Positions 63,326 through 64,000 of a stretch of DNA of 64,000 bases are shown in pieces. The stretch covers positions 77,128,001 through 77,192,000 of the forward strand of contig NC_043007.1 of the NCBI RefSeq assembly GCF_006345805.1, given 5' to 3'. Positions within the stretch are counted from its first letter, which is position 1; every line of letters starts with the position of its first letter. A program made the translations under genes and the position numbers. The stretch comes from Octopus sinensis. Taxonomy: Eukaryota. The notes under the pieces are model-generated. The model ran no database searches. It had not been told where the DNA came from and was given only the letters and a program-made list of their open reading frames with translations.

Positions 63326-64000
63326 AACTACTGAGGACCATGTTATCGACGTTCCCCTCAACCTCAAAATTACTGGCCTTAACCCCTGCAATGGACCGGC
63401 GTCACACTGAGGGGAATGTTGTGGACTTGGTAACCTATACGCCATGGAGGCCAGGTAACCGTCTCTATGGGTGCTTGGGCTCGAGAAAAATATATGGTAG
63501 CAGGAATAACAAGGGTGGCATAGTTTTAAAGTAGAGTCTTTTACATGGCATTTAGAGAGTAGAAAACCTTGATTTACTGTGTTTATCCATGTAATACCTA
63601 GGAAAAACTCCTGCCAGAGTGTTTAACATCTACAGAAAAGAAGCAAGCGCAATACAAATAAAAATAACTATACTGCGAACCCCCAAATGAATGTCAAAGC
63701 TGACTTCAGTAAGATTTGAAATCAGAGCGTAGGGAGACTGAGCAAATAGCACGAAGCATTTTATCAACCACTCCAATGGCTAAGCCAATTCGTTCTGAAT
63801 ATCAAACACCCTACGATACAGTTGCAATTTTTTTTTTTTTTAGCCTAAGACCTCATAAGGTCACTTACCTGGTCCCCATGGTCTGTAAGTAACCGAGATC
63901 ACAATATCCTTCCTGTACGGGACGCCGGCCCATTGAGAACATTCAGAACCTGAAATTTTGAGGGGTGGATTGAGGGAGAAGTCGATTATATCGACCCAAG

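Overview
Eukaryotic, extremely microsatellite- and transposon-rich window with no recognisable intact host gene. The SINE families, the Dong/R4, RTE and Penelope relics and the microsatellite load point to an octopus (Octopus sp.) genome; this is inferred from repeat recognition, not a database search. Almost all ORFs in the track are translations of simple repeats. Real content: two dominant tRNA-derived SINE families plus minor ones, five or six non-autonomous Helitrons, two tandem piggyBac-type MITEs, LINE relics (Dong/R4 RT and Zn-knuckle, RTE C-terminus, two L1/Tx1-like ORF1 relics), a Tc1/mariner N-terminal relic, a 2.8-kb phase-locked tetranucleotide array and a 100-N gap. Main discovery: four fold-back (palindromic) elements from three sequence-unrelated families. 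Each carries a type I hammerhead ribozyme with a self-complementary stem III in both arms, arranged divergently, and sits at (TA)n tracts. One lies next to a Penelope-like GIY-YIG endonuclease relic. Second signal: SINE multimers apparently built by a short 3' module inserting with a very long (163 bp) target duplication.
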